From Allosphingosinicella sp. (lineage in GTDB: Bacteria > Pseudomonadota > Alphaproteobacteria > Sphingomonadales > Sphingomonadaceae): DNA of 60,111 nucleotides. The notes under the pieces were generated by a model. The model had not been told where the DNA came from. It saw only the letters and a list, made by a program, of their open reading frames with translations, and did not search any database. The stretch is taken from contig JBKJZJ010000214.1 of the NCBI GenBank assembly GCA_046715355.1, positions 1 to 60,111 of the forward strand, in the 5' to 3' direction. Made by a program: the position numbers and the translations under genes. The first letter of the stretch is position 1, and every line of letters starts with the position of its first letter. Positions 49,351-59,946 of the stretch are shown piece by piece.

Positions 49351-49836
49351 ATGGGTAGACGTCGAGGGTCACCGCGTTCCAAAGCTGTTTGGCAGGCCGT
49401 CTGGTGGACAATCTCCGCTGCGGCTGTGGCTGTCTATCTTACACGAATCCTGCACGAACTGTCGATGGCGAATGTTTCCGTGGATTGCATGAGAGACGCG
49501 TCATCGTGTCAGGTGATGGCAGGCCAGTTCTTCGGCTCTTTCGCGCTGCAGCTGCTCGAGAAGCTGATCACCGATCCCCTCGGCGACCTCCTTTTGCTCA
49601 ACATTGGACGAGAGACGTATCGGGTCGTCCGCGAAGGTCGGCGCCACCTTCGATTGCGGCGCCATCGGCGCGAGCGCTCCGGCGCCTTGGCAACGGAACG
49701 CATTGTGCCAGAGCGAAACACCTACATACCCCCAGGTTCCCGCCCTCCTCTATCATTAGACCGAATTCTCCCCCACGCGGTCAATGACGGCCCTGTGGAC
49801 AGGCTGACGGCGCACGTTGATGGCGGCGGCATCTAG
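49351..49836 (+). CDS. Hypothetical membrane protein
   Basis: RBS gggagg, N-terminal hydrophobic helix. Confidence 0.4.
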   Translation: MGRRRGSPRSKAVWQAVWWTISAAAVAVYLTRILHELSMANVSVDCMRDASSCQVMAGQFFGSFALQLLEKLITDPLGDLLLLNIGRETYRVVREGRRHLRLRRHRRERSGALATERIVPERNTYIPPGSRPPLSLDRILPHAVNDGPVDRLTAHVDGGGI

Positions 49837-50115
49837 GCTGGTCCTGATGTGGAGGCGTAGAAGTTCTCGATCATCTCGACGCTCGTCCGGCAGTTCTTGG
49901 CGATCTAGTAGATGTCGGCACCCGCTATGAGGCGCATTCAGATGTAGGTGTGCCGGAGGCTGTAGGCGGTGCGCCGCTGTCCCTCTCGATCGAACTTGAG
50001 GCCCTCCTCATCGAGCACTTTGTTGAAGAGGTCGAGGTGCGTGTGCGGAAAGAGACGGTCGGAGGGCTTTGCCGGCTTCTCGTTCGTCGCGCCCGCCAAC
50101 CGCCTTTTGTTTAGG
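49800..50115 (-). pseudogene. Integrase C-terminal remnant next to tRNA-Tyr
   Basis: Manual translation RTAYSLRHTYI*MRL..GADIY*IAKNCRTSVEMIENFY shows two in-frame stops and an apparent frameshift. Confidence 0.85.
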
Positions 50116-50136
50116 CGTTCAAAAGTGAGTTATAAG

Positions 50137-50159
50137 ATATCGCGCTGGTGGACAGGGCT
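50137..50159. repeat. att site direct repeat, tRNA-proximal copy
   Basis: Identical to 16463-16485. Confidence 0.92.
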
Positions 50160-50232
50160 GGATTCGAACCAGCGTACGGGAAACCCGGGCAGATTTACAG
50201 TCTGCTGCCTTTAACCACTCGGCCACCTGTCC
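50146..50232 (-). tRNA. tRNA-Tyr(GTA)
   Basis: GGACAGGTGGCCGAGTGGTTAAAGGCAGCAGACTGTAAATCTGC...GGTTCGAATCCAGCCCTGTCCACCA with long variable arm. Confidence 0.97.
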
Positions 50233-50326
50233 AGTGGAGCGCGATAGAGGAAGGCGGCTCCAATGGCGAAAGCGGGGGAGGCTGTCAACGCTTGCCACCG
50301 CGTCTGCCGGCGGCCATTGAGCGGCC

Positions 50327-51064
50327 ATGCGACGCAAGGCCCGCCAGGCTTCCAAGCCCGAGAACAGGCCCCGTTTCTGGGGCCGCCACGCCGTCGCCGC
50401 CGCGCTCGCCAATCCCGAGCGGCGGATCCACCGCATCTGGGCGACGCGCGAGGCGGCCGCCGCCTATCAGATCGACGCGTCGATCCCGGTCACCTTCGCC
50501 GACGTCGCCGATCTGGGCCGGCTGGTGCCCGGCGACGCGCCGCACCAGGGCATCGTCGCCGAGGTCGAGCGGCTCGAGGATCTGCTGCTCGCCGACCTGC
50601 TCGACCGGGCCGAGGACCACCGTCCCCTGCTCGTGCTCGACCAGGTCACCGATCCCCACAATGTCGGCGCGATCCTGCGCTCGGCGGCCGCCTTCGGCGC
50701 GCTCGGCGTGGTGACGCAGGACCGCCACGCCCCGCCCGAATCCGGCGCGCTCGCCAAGGCCGCCAGCGGCGCGCTCGAGACGATGCCCTGGGTCCGCGTC
50801 GTCAACCTCGCACGCGCGCTCGACGACATCGCCGAAGCGGGCTTCTGGCGGATCGGCCTCGCCGGCGAGGCCGGGATGACGCTCGCCGAGGCGCTGGGAC
50901 CCGCCCGCGTCGCGCTGGTGCTGGGCGCCGAGGGCGAGGGCATGCGCCACAACACGCAAAGCCATTGCGACGCTCTTGCGCGCCTGCCGATCGCCGGCAT
51001 CGAAAGCCTCAACGTCTCCAACGCCGCGGCGGTGGCGCTCTATGCGGCGAGCGTCGCCGCCTGA
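50327..51064 (+). CDS. rlmB: TrmH/SpoU-family rRNA methyltransferase RlmB
   Basis: HQGIVA, DPHNVGAILRSA, LGAEGEG, ESLNVSNAAA. Confidence 0.92.
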   Translation: MRRKARQASKPENRPRFWGRHAVAAALANPERRIHRIWATREAAAAYQIDASIPVTFADVADLGRLVPGDAPHQGIVAEVERLEDLLLADLLDRAEDHRPLLVLDQVTDPHNVGAILRSAAAFGALGVVTQDRHAPPESGALAKAASGALETMPWVRVVNLARALDDIAEAGFWRIGLAGEAGMTLAEALGPARVALVLGAEGEGMRHNTQSHCDALARLPIAGIESLNVSNAAAVALYAASVAA

Positions 51065-51105
51065 TCGCAGGCGTCGCCGCGGGAGGCGCGGGCTTGCTCA
51101 CCATC

Positions 51106-51198
51106 CGTCATCCTGACGAAAGTCAGGATCCATGAACACGGAGGGCGAGAGCCTGCGTCTTCCGTGTTCATGGATCCCGGATCAAGTCCGGGATGACG
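51106..51198. repeat. REP/RPE-like palindromic element
   Basis: cgtcatcc...ggatccatgaacacgga / tccgtgttcatggatcc...ggatgacg nested inverted repeats between convergent genes. Confidence 0.8.
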
Positions 51199-51215
51199 TT
51201 GTTGGAGTGCCCCGC

Positions 51216-51533
51216 CTAATCCTCCGGCGCGATGGCGACCCTGAGGCCGTCCAGCTCCTCGCTGAACAGGATCTGGCAGGAGAGGCGGCTGGTTTCGAGC
51301 TTGTGATCGGAAGTGTCGAGCAGATCCTCCTCGTCCTCGCCGCGGGGCTTGAGCCTGCTGATCCAGTCCGGGTCGACATGGACGTGGCAGGTCGCGCAGG
51401 AGCAGCAGCCGCCGCAAAGCGCGAGCAATTCGTCGAAGCCGTTGTCGCGGATATTCTCCATCACGCTCCAGCCCGCGCGCGCCTCCACGGTCCGCTCGGT
51501 GCCGTCGCGGGTGACGATGGTGAGGCTCGGCAT
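51216..51533 (-). CDS. 2Fe-2S ferredoxin, adrenodoxin type
   Basis: CGGCCSCATCH...SRLSCQ. Confidence 0.95.
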   Translation of the reverse strand: MPSLTIVTRDGTERTVEARAGWSVMENIRDNGFDELLALCGGCCSCATCHVHVDPDWISRLKPRGEDEEDLLDTSDHKLETSRLSCQILFSEELDGLRVAIAPED

Positions 51534-51616
51534 GGGCATCCTTGGGAGCAAGAAACGGGAGGCGTCCGCCGCGCCCTATGCTAGGCGCCCGGCCTGACGC
51601 AAGACGGGAGCGGACA

Positions 51617-52240
51617 TTGGGCATCACGAGCGAAGACCTGGCGGCATCCCTGAAGGCGCTGGGCGAGATCGAGCCGGCCTTCGCCGCGGCGCTCGCCCGC
51701 GCCGGCCTGCCCGAGCCGCGCACCGGCGAGCGCGGCTACGTCACCTTGTTGCGCGCGATCATCGGCCAGCAGGTCTCGGTCGCCTCGGCCAATGCGATCT
51801 GGACCAGGCTCGACGCGGCGACCGGCGGCGCCGCCGATCCCGCCAACATGGCCAGGACGAGCGACGAGGCGCTGCGCGGCGCCGGCCTCTCCCGCCAGAA
51901 GATGAGCTATGCGCGCAGCCTTTCCGAAGAGGTGCTCTCCGGCCGGCTCGATTTCGACAGGCTCCCCGCCGACGACGAGCAGGCGATCGCGCATCTCACG
52001 GCGGTCAAGGGCATCGGCCGCTGGACCGCCGAAATCTACCTTCTCTTCGCCGAAGGCCGCACGGACATCTTCCCCGCCGGTGACCTCGCCGTCCAGATCG
52101 AGATCGGCGTGATCCTGGGCCTCGACGGCAAGCCGACGGAGAAGGCGATCCGGGCGCTCGCCGAACCCTGGCGCCCGCACCGCGGCGCGGCGGCCGTGTT
52201 CGCCTGGCATCACAGGCGCGCCGGGAGCTCTGCAATCTGA
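51617..52240 (+). CDS. DNA-3-methyladenine glycosylase II (AlkA/HhH-GPD family)
   Basis: IIGQQVS, VKGIGRWTA, FPAGDL, WRPHRG; start uncertain. Confidence 0.9.
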   Translation: MGITSEDLAASLKALGEIEPAFAAALARAGLPEPRTGERGYVTLLRAIIGQQVSVASANAIWTRLDAATGGAADPANMARTSDEALRGAGLSRQKMSYARSLSEEVLSGRLDFDRLPADDEQAIAHLTAVKGIGRWTAEIYLLFAEGRTDIFPAGDLAVQIEIGVILGLDGKPTEKAIRALAEPWRPHRGAAAVFAWHHRRAGSSAI

Positions 52241-52474
52241 GCAATTGAATGTCCGCTTTCGACCCATTTGCGGACGTTGCCTGCGGCCGGATGGAATGCG
52301 AAAAAGTCTCAAATGCTTGGAATTTCGGAAGCTTGATGCTGAGATGGGCATTCGTGAACGGACAATCCCCGCCGCGCTCGGCGTAGTAATGACCCTTGTC
52401 ATGATTGCGGCGGTTTACGTCGGGTGTCGGGCCTTTGAGCGGCGCGGGCCAAAGATGACATCAGTTGGCAGTAG

Positions 52475-53113
52475 CTAGAAACGGGCACGCAGCGAAGCGA
52501 CGATGCGGTGCCGGTAGATTTCGCCGAAACTGCTGCGCGATGTATCGTAATAACGGACGTCGGCGGAAAATTCGCGGTTGAGGGCGTATGTGAGACCGGT
52601 GTTGAATGCCATGTAGTCGGAGCCCCCAGCACGTTCGCGCCACCCGAAATTGGCACTCGCCGTTAGGGCCGATCGCAAACTGACCGTACTGCTCACCTCG
52701 ACAAACAGGGACCGTTCAGTCGCCCCGACGTCATCGTGGCTGTAGGTAAGGGAAAGACGCGGAGTGATCCTGCCGAAGGTCCTGCTTACCGTGGCGGCAA
52801 TTTCAATCGCATCCCGGTCAGACCGCAACGCTGCGCTGGTGTTCCGCTTGTAGGCAATTGAAGCGCGCAGATCGAGCACGCCAAAGTTCCCTCTAACGCC
52901 TCCGAACAGATTGGCCTCCCCATCCGCTGTCGGTGAAGTGACGTTCTTGTATGACGCGCCGCCAAAAATAGCGCCAACATCGGCCTCCGCCCGCGCTGAC
53001 ACTTGCACGCCCTCGGTCTGTCGCAGTCCCTTCGAAATACCCTGACTGGCGATAGCGATTTCGATGGTCGGATCGATTGGCAGTAACCACGCCGCCAGAC
53101 CGAGCCTGATCAT
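52475..53113 (-). CDS. TorF-like outer membrane beta-barrel
   Basis: SKGLRQT, ADVRYYDT, C-terminal Phe. Confidence 0.75.
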   Translation of the reverse strand: MIRLGLAAWLLPIDPTIEIAIASQGISKGLRQTEGVQVSARAEADVGAIFGGASYKNVTSPTADGEANLFGGVRGNFGVLDLRASIAYKRNTSAALRSDRDAIEIAATVSRTFGRITPRLSLTYSHDDVGATERSLFVEVSSTVSLRSALTASANFGWRERAGGSDYMAFNTGLTYALNREFSADVRYYDTSRSSFGEIYRHRIVASLRARF

Positions 53114-54099
53114 CCGACACCGGCCACTGCTGGTCGGCCTGCGCGGGTCTTCCACAGCGACCAGCCGACGCCAGCTGTCAGGATTGCGAAGGTGATCGAC
53201 AGCGACAGCGCTGGCGGTATCTTCGCCAGCCCCAACGCATCGGCGACGAGAATCTTGGAGCCGATGAACACAAGCAGCACGGCCAGCGCATATTTGAGAT
53301 AATGGAAGCGGTGAACCATCGCCGCCAGCGCGAAATAGAGCGCGCGCAGGCCGAGGATCGCGAAGATGTTCGACGTATAGACGATGAACGGATCGGTCGT
53401 GATCGCGAAGATGGCCGGAACGCTATCTACCGCGAACACTACATCGACGATCTCGACCATCACCAACGCAAGGAACAGCGGCGTCACGAACAGCGCGGGC
53501 TTTCCCGATTTTTCGTCCGGCTGCCGCACGAAGAAGCGGTCGCCATGAAGCTTTTCCGTGACAGGAAGGTGCTTGCGTATGAAGCTGAGCGCGCCGCTAG
53601 ACCCGACATCATACTCCTTGTCGGCGGTCCTCCACATCTTGACGCCGGTCAAAATCAGGAAGGCGGCGAAGATGTACAGCACCCAGCCGAACTGCTCGAC
53701 CAGGGTTGATCCGATGCCGATCATGACCGCGCGCAGCACGATCACGCCGAGTATGCCCCAGAACAGAACTCGGTGCTGGTAGCGGCGGGGGACGGCAAAA
53801 TAGGTGAAAACCATGGCGATGACGAACACATTGTCCATTGCCAGGCTTTTCTCGATGACGAAGCCGGTGACAAACTGAAGTCCCGCCGTTTCACCGAGAT
53901 ACCACCACACCCAGCCCCCGAAGGCGAGGCCCAGGCTTATATACCCGGCCGACAACACCAAACTTTCGGTCACACCGATCTCGCGCTGCTTCTTATGCAG
54001 CACGCCAAGATCGAGGGCGAGGAGCGTTATCACGATGGCGAGAAAACCCAGCCACATCCAAGCCGGCTTGCCGAGGAAATCGAGAAACAGAAAATCCAT
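53110..54099 (-). CDS. TerC/Alx-family membrane protein
   Basis: EKSLAMDNVFV, DVVFAVDSVPA, SNIFAILGLRALYF. Confidence 0.95.
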   Translation of the reverse strand: MDFLFLDFLGKPAWMWLGFLAIVITLLALDLGVLHKKQREIGVTESLVLSAGYISLGLAFGGWVWWYLGETAGLQFVTGFVIEKSLAMDNVFVIAMVFTYFAVPRRYQHRVLFWGILGVIVLRAVMIGIGSTLVEQFGWVLYIFAAFLILTGVKMWRTADKEYDVGSSGALSFIRKHLPVTEKLHGDRFFVRQPDEKSGKPALFVTPLFLALVMVEIVDVVFAVDSVPAIFAITTDPFIVYTSNIFAILGLRALYFALAAMVHRFHYLKYALAVLLVFIGSKILVADALGLAKIPPALSLSITFAILTAGVGWSLWKTRAGRPAVAGVG

Positions 54100-54146
54100 G
54101 TGTCAGATCCGATCAAAAGCGTCGCTTATGCGAGCGGTTTCCTCTT

Positions 54147-54194
54147 GATCCGACATCGCGGCCGATTGCTCGGCTGCCAGAGGGGCCCGGATCC
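54147..54194 (-). ncRNA. Putative cis-regulatory RNA copy 1, likely terC RNA motif
   Basis: GGATCCGGGCCCCTCTGGC-hairpin-GATGTCGGATC in the TerC leader, repeated at 54813-54875. Confidence 0.6.
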
Positions 54195-54245
54195 CTTGCT
54201 GTGCGCGTCAAGCCACCGCCGGCCTTGTGCCGACGGCGGTCGCTG

Positions 54246-54548
54246 TCAGTCGAAAAACCCCGACAGGAAGGACTCCTTCCGATGCCGGCGCCCATGATGG
54301 CGATGATCGTCGTCATCATCATCGTGGCCGCGCCCCCCCGTCCAGGAGTCCCTTTGCCCCGGCGCCGGGCGGGCGGCTGTCGCGCCTTCGGTGCCACGCT
54401 CGATGATCTTGTCGAGTTCGCCGCGGTCGAGCCAAACGCCACGGCAGGTCGGACACCAGTCGATCTCGACGCCTTGGCGCTCTGACATTGTCAGGCTCGT
54501 TTTGCAGACCGGGCAGGGCATCACCGCGACGGCTTGTTCGCTGCGCAC
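54246..54548 (-). CDS. zf-TFIIB zinc-ribbon protein
   Basis: CPVC...GVEIDWCPTCRGVWLDRGELDKII, C-terminal SFLSGFFD. Confidence 0.9.
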   Translation of the reverse strand: MRSEQAVAVMPCPVCKTSLTMSERQGVEIDWCPTCRGVWLDRGELDKIIERGTEGATAARPAPGQRDSWTGGRGHDDDDDDHRHHGRRHRKESFLSGFFD

Positions 54549-54551
54549 CGC

Positions 54552-54731
54552 TTAATTCCTGACGCGCTTGGGGAAGCGGACGAGTGTATGCAGGCGGTCC
54601 TTCACCGCCAGCCTCAGCTTCTTCAGCCGCACCAGCCGGAAGCCGTCCGGAAACCGCAGCTTGAGTTCGCGGCGGATTTCGTCGTCCAGTCTGCGATGAA
54701 CGACGGTCAATTTATACATCAATGCACTCAT
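54552..54731 (-). CDS. DUF465/YdcH-like coiled-coil protein
   Basis: HRRLDDEI...LKKLRLAVKDRL. Confidence 0.8.
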   Translation of the reverse strand: MSALMYKLTVVHRRLDDEIRRELKLRFPDGFRLVRLKKLRLAVKDRLHTLVRFPKRVRN

Positions 54732-54812
54732 AACCACTCTCCAGATCGATGGTTTCACCGATCGGGCCAGCTGCGAAGCAGCACAAAGGCCTGTGCCTGC
54801 ATCGAGCCAACC

Positions 54813-54875
54813 CGATGCGGTCCGACATCACCGTCGTTGGGGAGAACAACCGCCAGAGGAGCCCGGTCCGCATCG
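54813..54875 (-). ncRNA. Putative cis-regulatory RNA copy 2, likely terC RNA motif
   Basis: GATGCGGACCGGGCTCCTCTGGC-hairpin-GATGTCGGACCGCATC in the operon leader. Confidence 0.6.
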
Positions 54876-54950
54876 CCAATCTAACCGTGCCGCTGACTAT
54901 GGCCAAATCTAAAAGAGAGGCTCCTCACGATAGACAACGTCTATCGCTAG

Positions 54951-55853
54951 TCAGTCGGTAAGGCGGCGCGCCTCTCGCTGGATGCGACCCGCTATGGTCA
55001 GGTAAGCCTCGGCATAGGCGGCGCCGGAGCGCCATGCTGCGGCGATGCCGCGCTTCTCGGACCAGCCCGACACATCGAGCACCCGGATGCCCGCGCTGCC
55101 GCCGACTTCGGAGCGGACGTAAAATTCCGGAAGGACCGCGAGTCCGAGCCCGGAAGCGGCCATTTGACGCAGGCTATCGAGGCTCGTCCCCTCATAGTCT
55201 CGAAGCAATATCATCCCGTGACGTTCGCAAGCGGAGACGACCTGCCGGTGGAGGTGGTGCCGCGGGTCGAGGCTGAGGACCTCCGCCCCCTGAAGGTCTG
55301 CGCAGGTGAGACGAGGCTTCGTGGCTAGCGGGTGCTCGGGCGGGGCGACGAGAAACAGTCGCTCGCGGAACAGCGGTTCGACCGTCAATGCGTCGCCGTG
55401 AATCGGCAACGGACCCAGCAACATGTCGAGCCGGCCCCGGGACAGGTCGAGCGCTTGATCATCCGGTATGCCTTCCCGAATATAGAGTTTGAGATCTGGT
55501 TGCTCTCGGTGAAGCGCGGCGATGATCCCCGGCATGAGATACGGTCCCAACGTCGGCGTTACGCCGAAGCGTATTGTGCCCGCGAGGCCTTCGCCGGCAC
55601 GCTTGGCCAAGTCGCGGATATCCTTTACGCCAACCAGCAATCGCCGAGCGCGATCAGCGACCTCGCGTCCGATCGGCGTCAACTCGACGCCAGACAGGCG
55701 CCGCTCCACAAGGGCGACGCCTAACCGCCCCTCCAAAGCGCGCAGCTGCTGACTAAGCGTCGGCTGCGAGGCGTTACTTGCCTGCGCCGCGCGTCCGAAA
55801 TGCTTGAAGTCAGCAACCGCCACCAGATATTCGAGCTGTCGAAGGGTCGGCAT
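54951..55853 (-). CDS. LysR-family regulator, OxyR-like
   Basis: MPTLRQLEYLVAVA...SQPTLSQQ, PTLGPYLMP; the peroxidatic Cys is not evident (RHHLHRQ). Confidence 0.9.
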   Translation of the reverse strand: MPTLRQLEYLVAVADFKHFGRAAQASNASQPTLSQQLRALEGRLGVALVERRLSGVELTPIGREVADRARRLLVGVKDIRDLAKRAGEGLAGTIRFGVTPTLGPYLMPGIIAALHREQPDLKLYIREGIPDDQALDLSRGRLDMLLGPLPIHGDALTVEPLFRERLFLVAPPEHPLATKPRLTCADLQGAEVLSLDPRHHLHRQVVSACERHGMILLRDYEGTSLDSLRQMAASGLGLAVLPEFYVRSEVGGSAGIRVLDVSGWSEKRGIAAAWRSGAAYAEAYLTIAGRIQREARRLTD

Positions 55854-56439
55854 CCCTAGCCCCTAGACCACATTTACCGATGCCGGGAGGCCATTTGGCG
55901 GGATGATCGATTCAGTCCCTTTATGCACTGTACATACCGATGAGCTGGTCGGCCCCGGGCGATGTTACCGTGGGTCGCGAATGTCCAGATTTCCACATCG
56001 AGTTGGCCGGGCCGGCGGGCTGGCTTCGGCCAGATGCGGCCGCTGAGCTGATCGGCCCGAGTGTCAGTTTTCCACCCATAGAGGACGGTCCGCTCTCGAC
56101 CCCTTGCGGACGTTCGGACGACTTTGCGCCCATGGCGGACGCAGATCGAAGCCGGATGTCTTCCAAGAACCGGACCTTCGGCGAGAGGTTCGAACCATGA
56201 CCCCCTCCTCTATTTCGAACCATGACCTCCTCCTCTATCTTGATGTCATGGCGCGCCCACCGAGCCTGTGTCCCGTCGCGTCGACCAGCATTCTGATTGC
56301 GAGCATGATCGCCGCACTCGTGGCGGAGCACACGACTGGCACGGAAGCAGGCGAGCAATCATCATGCTGCTGTAACGAAGGATTAATCTGGACCAGCCGT
56401 TTATTGAGCATATAGCTAGTCATAGCATCGAGAGTTCGA

Positions 56440-59394
56440 ATGGACGGGACCGCCCAGTTTTCCAATTCCGTCGGCAATGTTGACAGCCTTCCTGCATGTC
56501 GCAGGCGAACGCGGGAAGCCGCCAATTGGTCGGTCGACGACCAACTTTGGATGGGGCGAGATTTCCCCGCCATCGATACCGGCGCGGCGGCGGCTCGTCC
56601 GGTCTCCGGCCACAAAGCGGCCGACCCTGCGGCCGCTGCCCCACCCGGCCAGGCTGCGGGTGCCCCGGTCGCAAACCCGTTACCGGATCAGACGTTCCTT
56701 GAGGACGAGGCCTGGAGCTTCCAGCTCCCGGTGGACGCTTTCACCGACCCTGATGGAGACCCGCTAACCCTCACTGCGACATTGTCGACGGGCGACCCAC
56801 TGCCCGACTGGCTGACCTTCGACGCCAGTTCCCGCACCTTCACAGGGGTGCCGCCGAGAGATTTCAACGGCCAGCTTTCGATCCTCGTGACGGCCAGCGA
56901 CGGCGAGAGCGCGGTTTCGAGCGGCTTTTCGCTGTCGGTCCTACCGGTCAATGACGCCCCGGTGGCCAATTCGTTGCCGGATCGGGCATCCCCCGAGGAC
57001 CAGGCCTGCAGCTTCCAGCTCCCGAAGGACGCGTTCACCGATCCCGACGGCGATCCGCTGATTGTTACCGCCACGCTGGCGAACGGGGATGCGCTGCCGG
57101 ACTGGCTGACCTTCGACGCCGGCACCCGCACCTTCACCGGCACGCCGCCACGGGACTTCAACGGCGCGCTCTCGATCCTCGTGACGGCCAGCGACGGCGA
57201 AAGCGCGACCTCGAGCCCCTTTTCGCTGTCGATCACCCCGGTCAACGACGGCCCGGTCGTAACCCTGGCCCCGATCTATGCGAGCGATTTCGAAAGCCCC
57301 GACGAGGCGCTGTGGTTCACCACGATCGGCGGCGACTCGCCCATCCCGCTCCCGCATGAAGATGACGGGACCGGTAACATGACCCTGGTTTCAGCGGGCC
57401 CATGGTGGACCGACCTCAACCACGTCACTCCGGGCACCGGACAGCTGCATCTTCCGTCGACGCTGTACGTCAATGGCAGCAACGGCGGCATCGTGATCGA
57501 TGACTTCCGGGATCTGACGTTCAGTTTCGATATCAAGGCGGAAGGGCTGCAGATACCGGAAGGCGCTCACATCTACCTCTGGTTCCAGGCAATGGACCCG
57601 ACCCTGCCCTGGGGTGTCGGCCAATATGTGAATTATGTTAACGTCAGCGTCCCGGTCGAGGAATTGCTGATCGACGGCGAGTTTGCGCATGTCAGCATTA
57701 CCCTGTCGCAGGTCGAGGCCGACTGGCTGGCGCTGGGTTCGAGCCTGGACCGCGAGGGCGTCTATTCCCAATCCAGCTCGATCGTCACAGCCCTTTCCGG
57801 GATTCCTGTCGGTCTGGGCCTGGTCATCTTCATGGGCAACGAACCGTCGGGTCCTCCCGCCTCGGGCCTGATCCGGCTCGATAATGTCGTATTGTCACAT
57901 GGCGATGTGATCAGACTGAAATTCGCTCCCGAGGCGCTGGCCGGAGGGTTGCAGCCCCTGCATCTCGATGTGGCGGTAACGGACCCGGACAGCTCCACGT
58001 TCGAGAATTATCGCCTGTCCGTCGGCTATCAGGGGGTGGGTCTCTCCGGCGAAGAGCTCGGCCTGGCATTTCCGGGGGGCGGCGATCTTACGACTGTCGA
58101 CGGGATCCTTTATCTGGGTGCAGAGCAGATCGGGACCGTCGCGGGCGGGTCTAACGGCAGCGCGCTACTGATCGAGATCACCGCGCCGGTGGATTCGGCG
58201 GTCATCAGCGACGTCATCAACGCTATCGCCTACGGGAATAATGACGCGGGGGCCGGCGCGACGCGGGATCTCGTCGTCACGCTTGACGACGAGCCGGGTA
58301 GGACGGCCTCCTTTGCCGTCGAGGTTAGTGCGCGACTTCCGCTCGACGACGGCTCGGGGAACGACCACCTGATCGGGACCGGCGCGAACGAGGCGCTGAA
58401 CGGCGGTCTCGGGACGGACAGGCTGGAGGGCGCCGCCGGCGATGACCGCCTTGATGGTGGTACGGGCGATGACATCCTCCATGGCGGAAGCGGGGACGAT
58501 TGGTTCCACGTGGACAGCGTCGGCGATATCGTGAGCGAGAGCATCGGAGAGGGTTCGCAGGACCGCATCTTCGCGAGCGTCAGCTACGTGCTGGCCGCCG
58601 GCGCGGAGGTCGAAATCCTGACCACCATATTCAACGCGGGGCTGGAACCGATAGATTTGACCGGCAACGAGCTCGCCAACACCATCTACGGCAATGCCGG
58701 TGCCAACCGGCTTGAAGGCGGCGCGGGCAAAGACGCGCTGATCGGCAATGAAGACGACGACATTCTCGACGGCGGCACCGGCAACGACATTCTCGACGGC
58801 GGCACAGGCAGCGACATTCTCCGTGGCGGGATCGGCGACGACTGGCACTTCGTCGATAGTGCCGGTGACATCTTGATCGAAGCAGTTGGCGAGGGAACGC
58901 TGGACCGGGTGTTCGCCAGCGCGAGCTACACGCTGTCGGCCGGCGCCGAGATCGAGTTGATGTCGACGACCCTCCACATCGGACTCGATGCGATCAATTT
59001 GATCGGCAACGAGCTCGCCAACGCGATCTACGGCAATGCCGGCGCCAACCGGCTTGAAGGCGGCGCGGGCAACGACGCGCTGATCGGCAATGAAGGCGAC
59101 GACATTCTCGACGGCGGCACCGGCAACGACATTCTCCGTGGCGGGATCGGCCGCGACACGTTCCTGTTCTCGCAAGACACGGGCACCGATCGCATCATGG
59201 ACTTTTCCGTCGCCGGGTCCGACCATGATCTGATCGCCTTGCCGGGTCTGAGAACCGGGACCCTCGCGGCGTTTATTACCGAACATGTCAGCCAGATTGG
59301 CGCAGATACCATGATCTCCTGGAACGGCGCGGAGCTGATCCTGGTCAATGTGAACGCCTCGACTCTGCTGCCCGACCACTTCGTCCTGGGGTAG
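56440..59394 (+). CDS. Secreted RTX protein with two Ig/cadherin-like repeats
   Basis: Two FTDPDGDPL...LPDWLTFD repeats; many GGxGxD nonapeptides; T1SS-type C-terminus; true start may be 56551. Confidence 0.92.
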   Translation: MDGTAQFSNSVGNVDSLPACRRRTREAANWSVDDQLWMGRDFPAIDTGAAAARPVSGHKAADPAAAAPPGQAAGAPVANPLPDQTFLEDEAWSFQLPVDAFTDPDGDPLTLTATLSTGDPLPDWLTFDASSRTFTGVPPRDFNGQLSILVTASDGESAVSSGFSLSVLPVNDAPVANSLPDRASPEDQACSFQLPKDAFTDPDGDPLIVTATLANGDALPDWLTFDAGTRTFTGTPPRDFNGALSILVTASDGESATSSPFSLSITPVNDGPVVTLAPIYASDFESPDEALWFTTIGGDSPIPLPHEDDGTGNMTLVSAGPWWTDLNHVTPGTGQLHLPSTLYVNGSNGGIVIDDFRDLTFSFDIKAEGLQIPEGAHIYLWFQAMDPTLPWGVGQYVNYVNVSVPVEELLIDGEFAHVSITLSQVEADWLALGSSLDREGVYSQSSSIVTALSGIPVGLGLVIFMGNEPSGPPASGLIRLDNVVLSHGDVIRLKFAPEALAGGLQPLHLDVAVTDPDSSTFENYRLSVGYQGVGLSGEELGLAFPGGGDLTTVDGILYLGAEQIGTVAGGSNGSALLIEITAPVDSAVISDVINAIAYGNNDAGAGATRDLVVTLDDEPGRTASFAVEVSARLPLDDGSGNDHLIGTGANEALNGGLGTDRLEGAAGDDRLDGGTGDDILHGGSGDDWFHVDSVGDIVSESIGEGSQDRIFASVSYVLAAGAEVEILTTIFNAGLEPIDLTGNELANTIYGNAGANRLEGGAGKDALIGNEDDDILDGGTGNDILDGGTGSDILRGGIGDDWHFVDSAGDILIEAVGEGTLDRVFASASYTLSAGAEIELMSTTLHIGLDAINLIGNELANAIYGNAGANRLEGGAGNDALIGNEGDDILDGGTGNDILRGGIGRDTFLFSQDTGTDRIMDFSVAGSDHDLIALPGLRTGTLAAFITEHVSQIGADTMISWNGAELILVNVNASTLLPDHFVLG

Positions 59395-59655
59395 GGCGCG
59401 GCCGAAAATCGACACTTTATGCGCCTGTTGCCGAAAGCGGCCCGTCCGCTTGCGGCCAATCGCGGTCCTGCATTCGATCGGTGCGGATGTCCGCTTTCCA
59501 CCCCTAGCAGACTTTGCCCAAGGCAAATGCGACGCGCCGTTTCGCCCGAAAACCGCAGATTTCTGCGTTACACAGCCTATACGGCGGTGGCACCATCGGC
59601 GGGCCGCAGCGCCGGCGGTTCAGCAAGCCGTCATGCGCGGCATCCCGGCCGCGTC

Positions 59656-59946
59656 CTAGTTCGAATTCCGCCGTGCCTCGCTGAAGCACCCGCCGACCAG
59701 GTCCCCCGCCTGCTCGCGAGTCATCTCGGCGCGGGGGTTGCGCGCCCGAAAAGCCGCCCTGCCCGCCCGGATGCACTCTTCCCTGAGCGCGAGCTCCCTG
59801 TCACGCCGCTCTCCCGCGCGCGGGTCGCTCGCCAGATAGTACATGCCGCCGGCGACAAGCAGAAGCGCGAGGCACCCGACAGTGTAATTCCGATCCTCGC
59901 TTGCCGTCATGTCGCGCCCCTGGCGGAAGGCTTGGGTGGGCCGCAT
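59656..59946 (-). CDS. Small hypothetical membrane protein
   Basis: TM GCLALLLVAGGMYYL plus a Cys pair. Confidence 0.45.
   Translation of the reverse strand: MRPTQAFRQGRDMTASEDRNYTVGCLALLLVAGGMYYLASDPRAGERRDRELALREECIRAGRAAFRARNPRAEMTREQAGDLVGGCFSEARRNSN

Larger units (their letters stand above)
16463..50159. mobile_element. Genomic island of about 33.7 kb integrated at the tRNA-Tyr 3' end
   Basis: 23-bp direct repeat at both ends, integrase remnants near the tRNA, defence-type cargo and low-GC patches. Confidence 0.9.

Noticed and set aside
54100-54245. yybP-ykoY manganese riboswitch upstream of TerC
   Set aside because: I could not recognise its conserved elements; a different duplicated motif is present instead
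54951-55853. oxyR gene symbol
   Set aside because: OxyR-like overall, but the GHC redox motif is replaced by RHH
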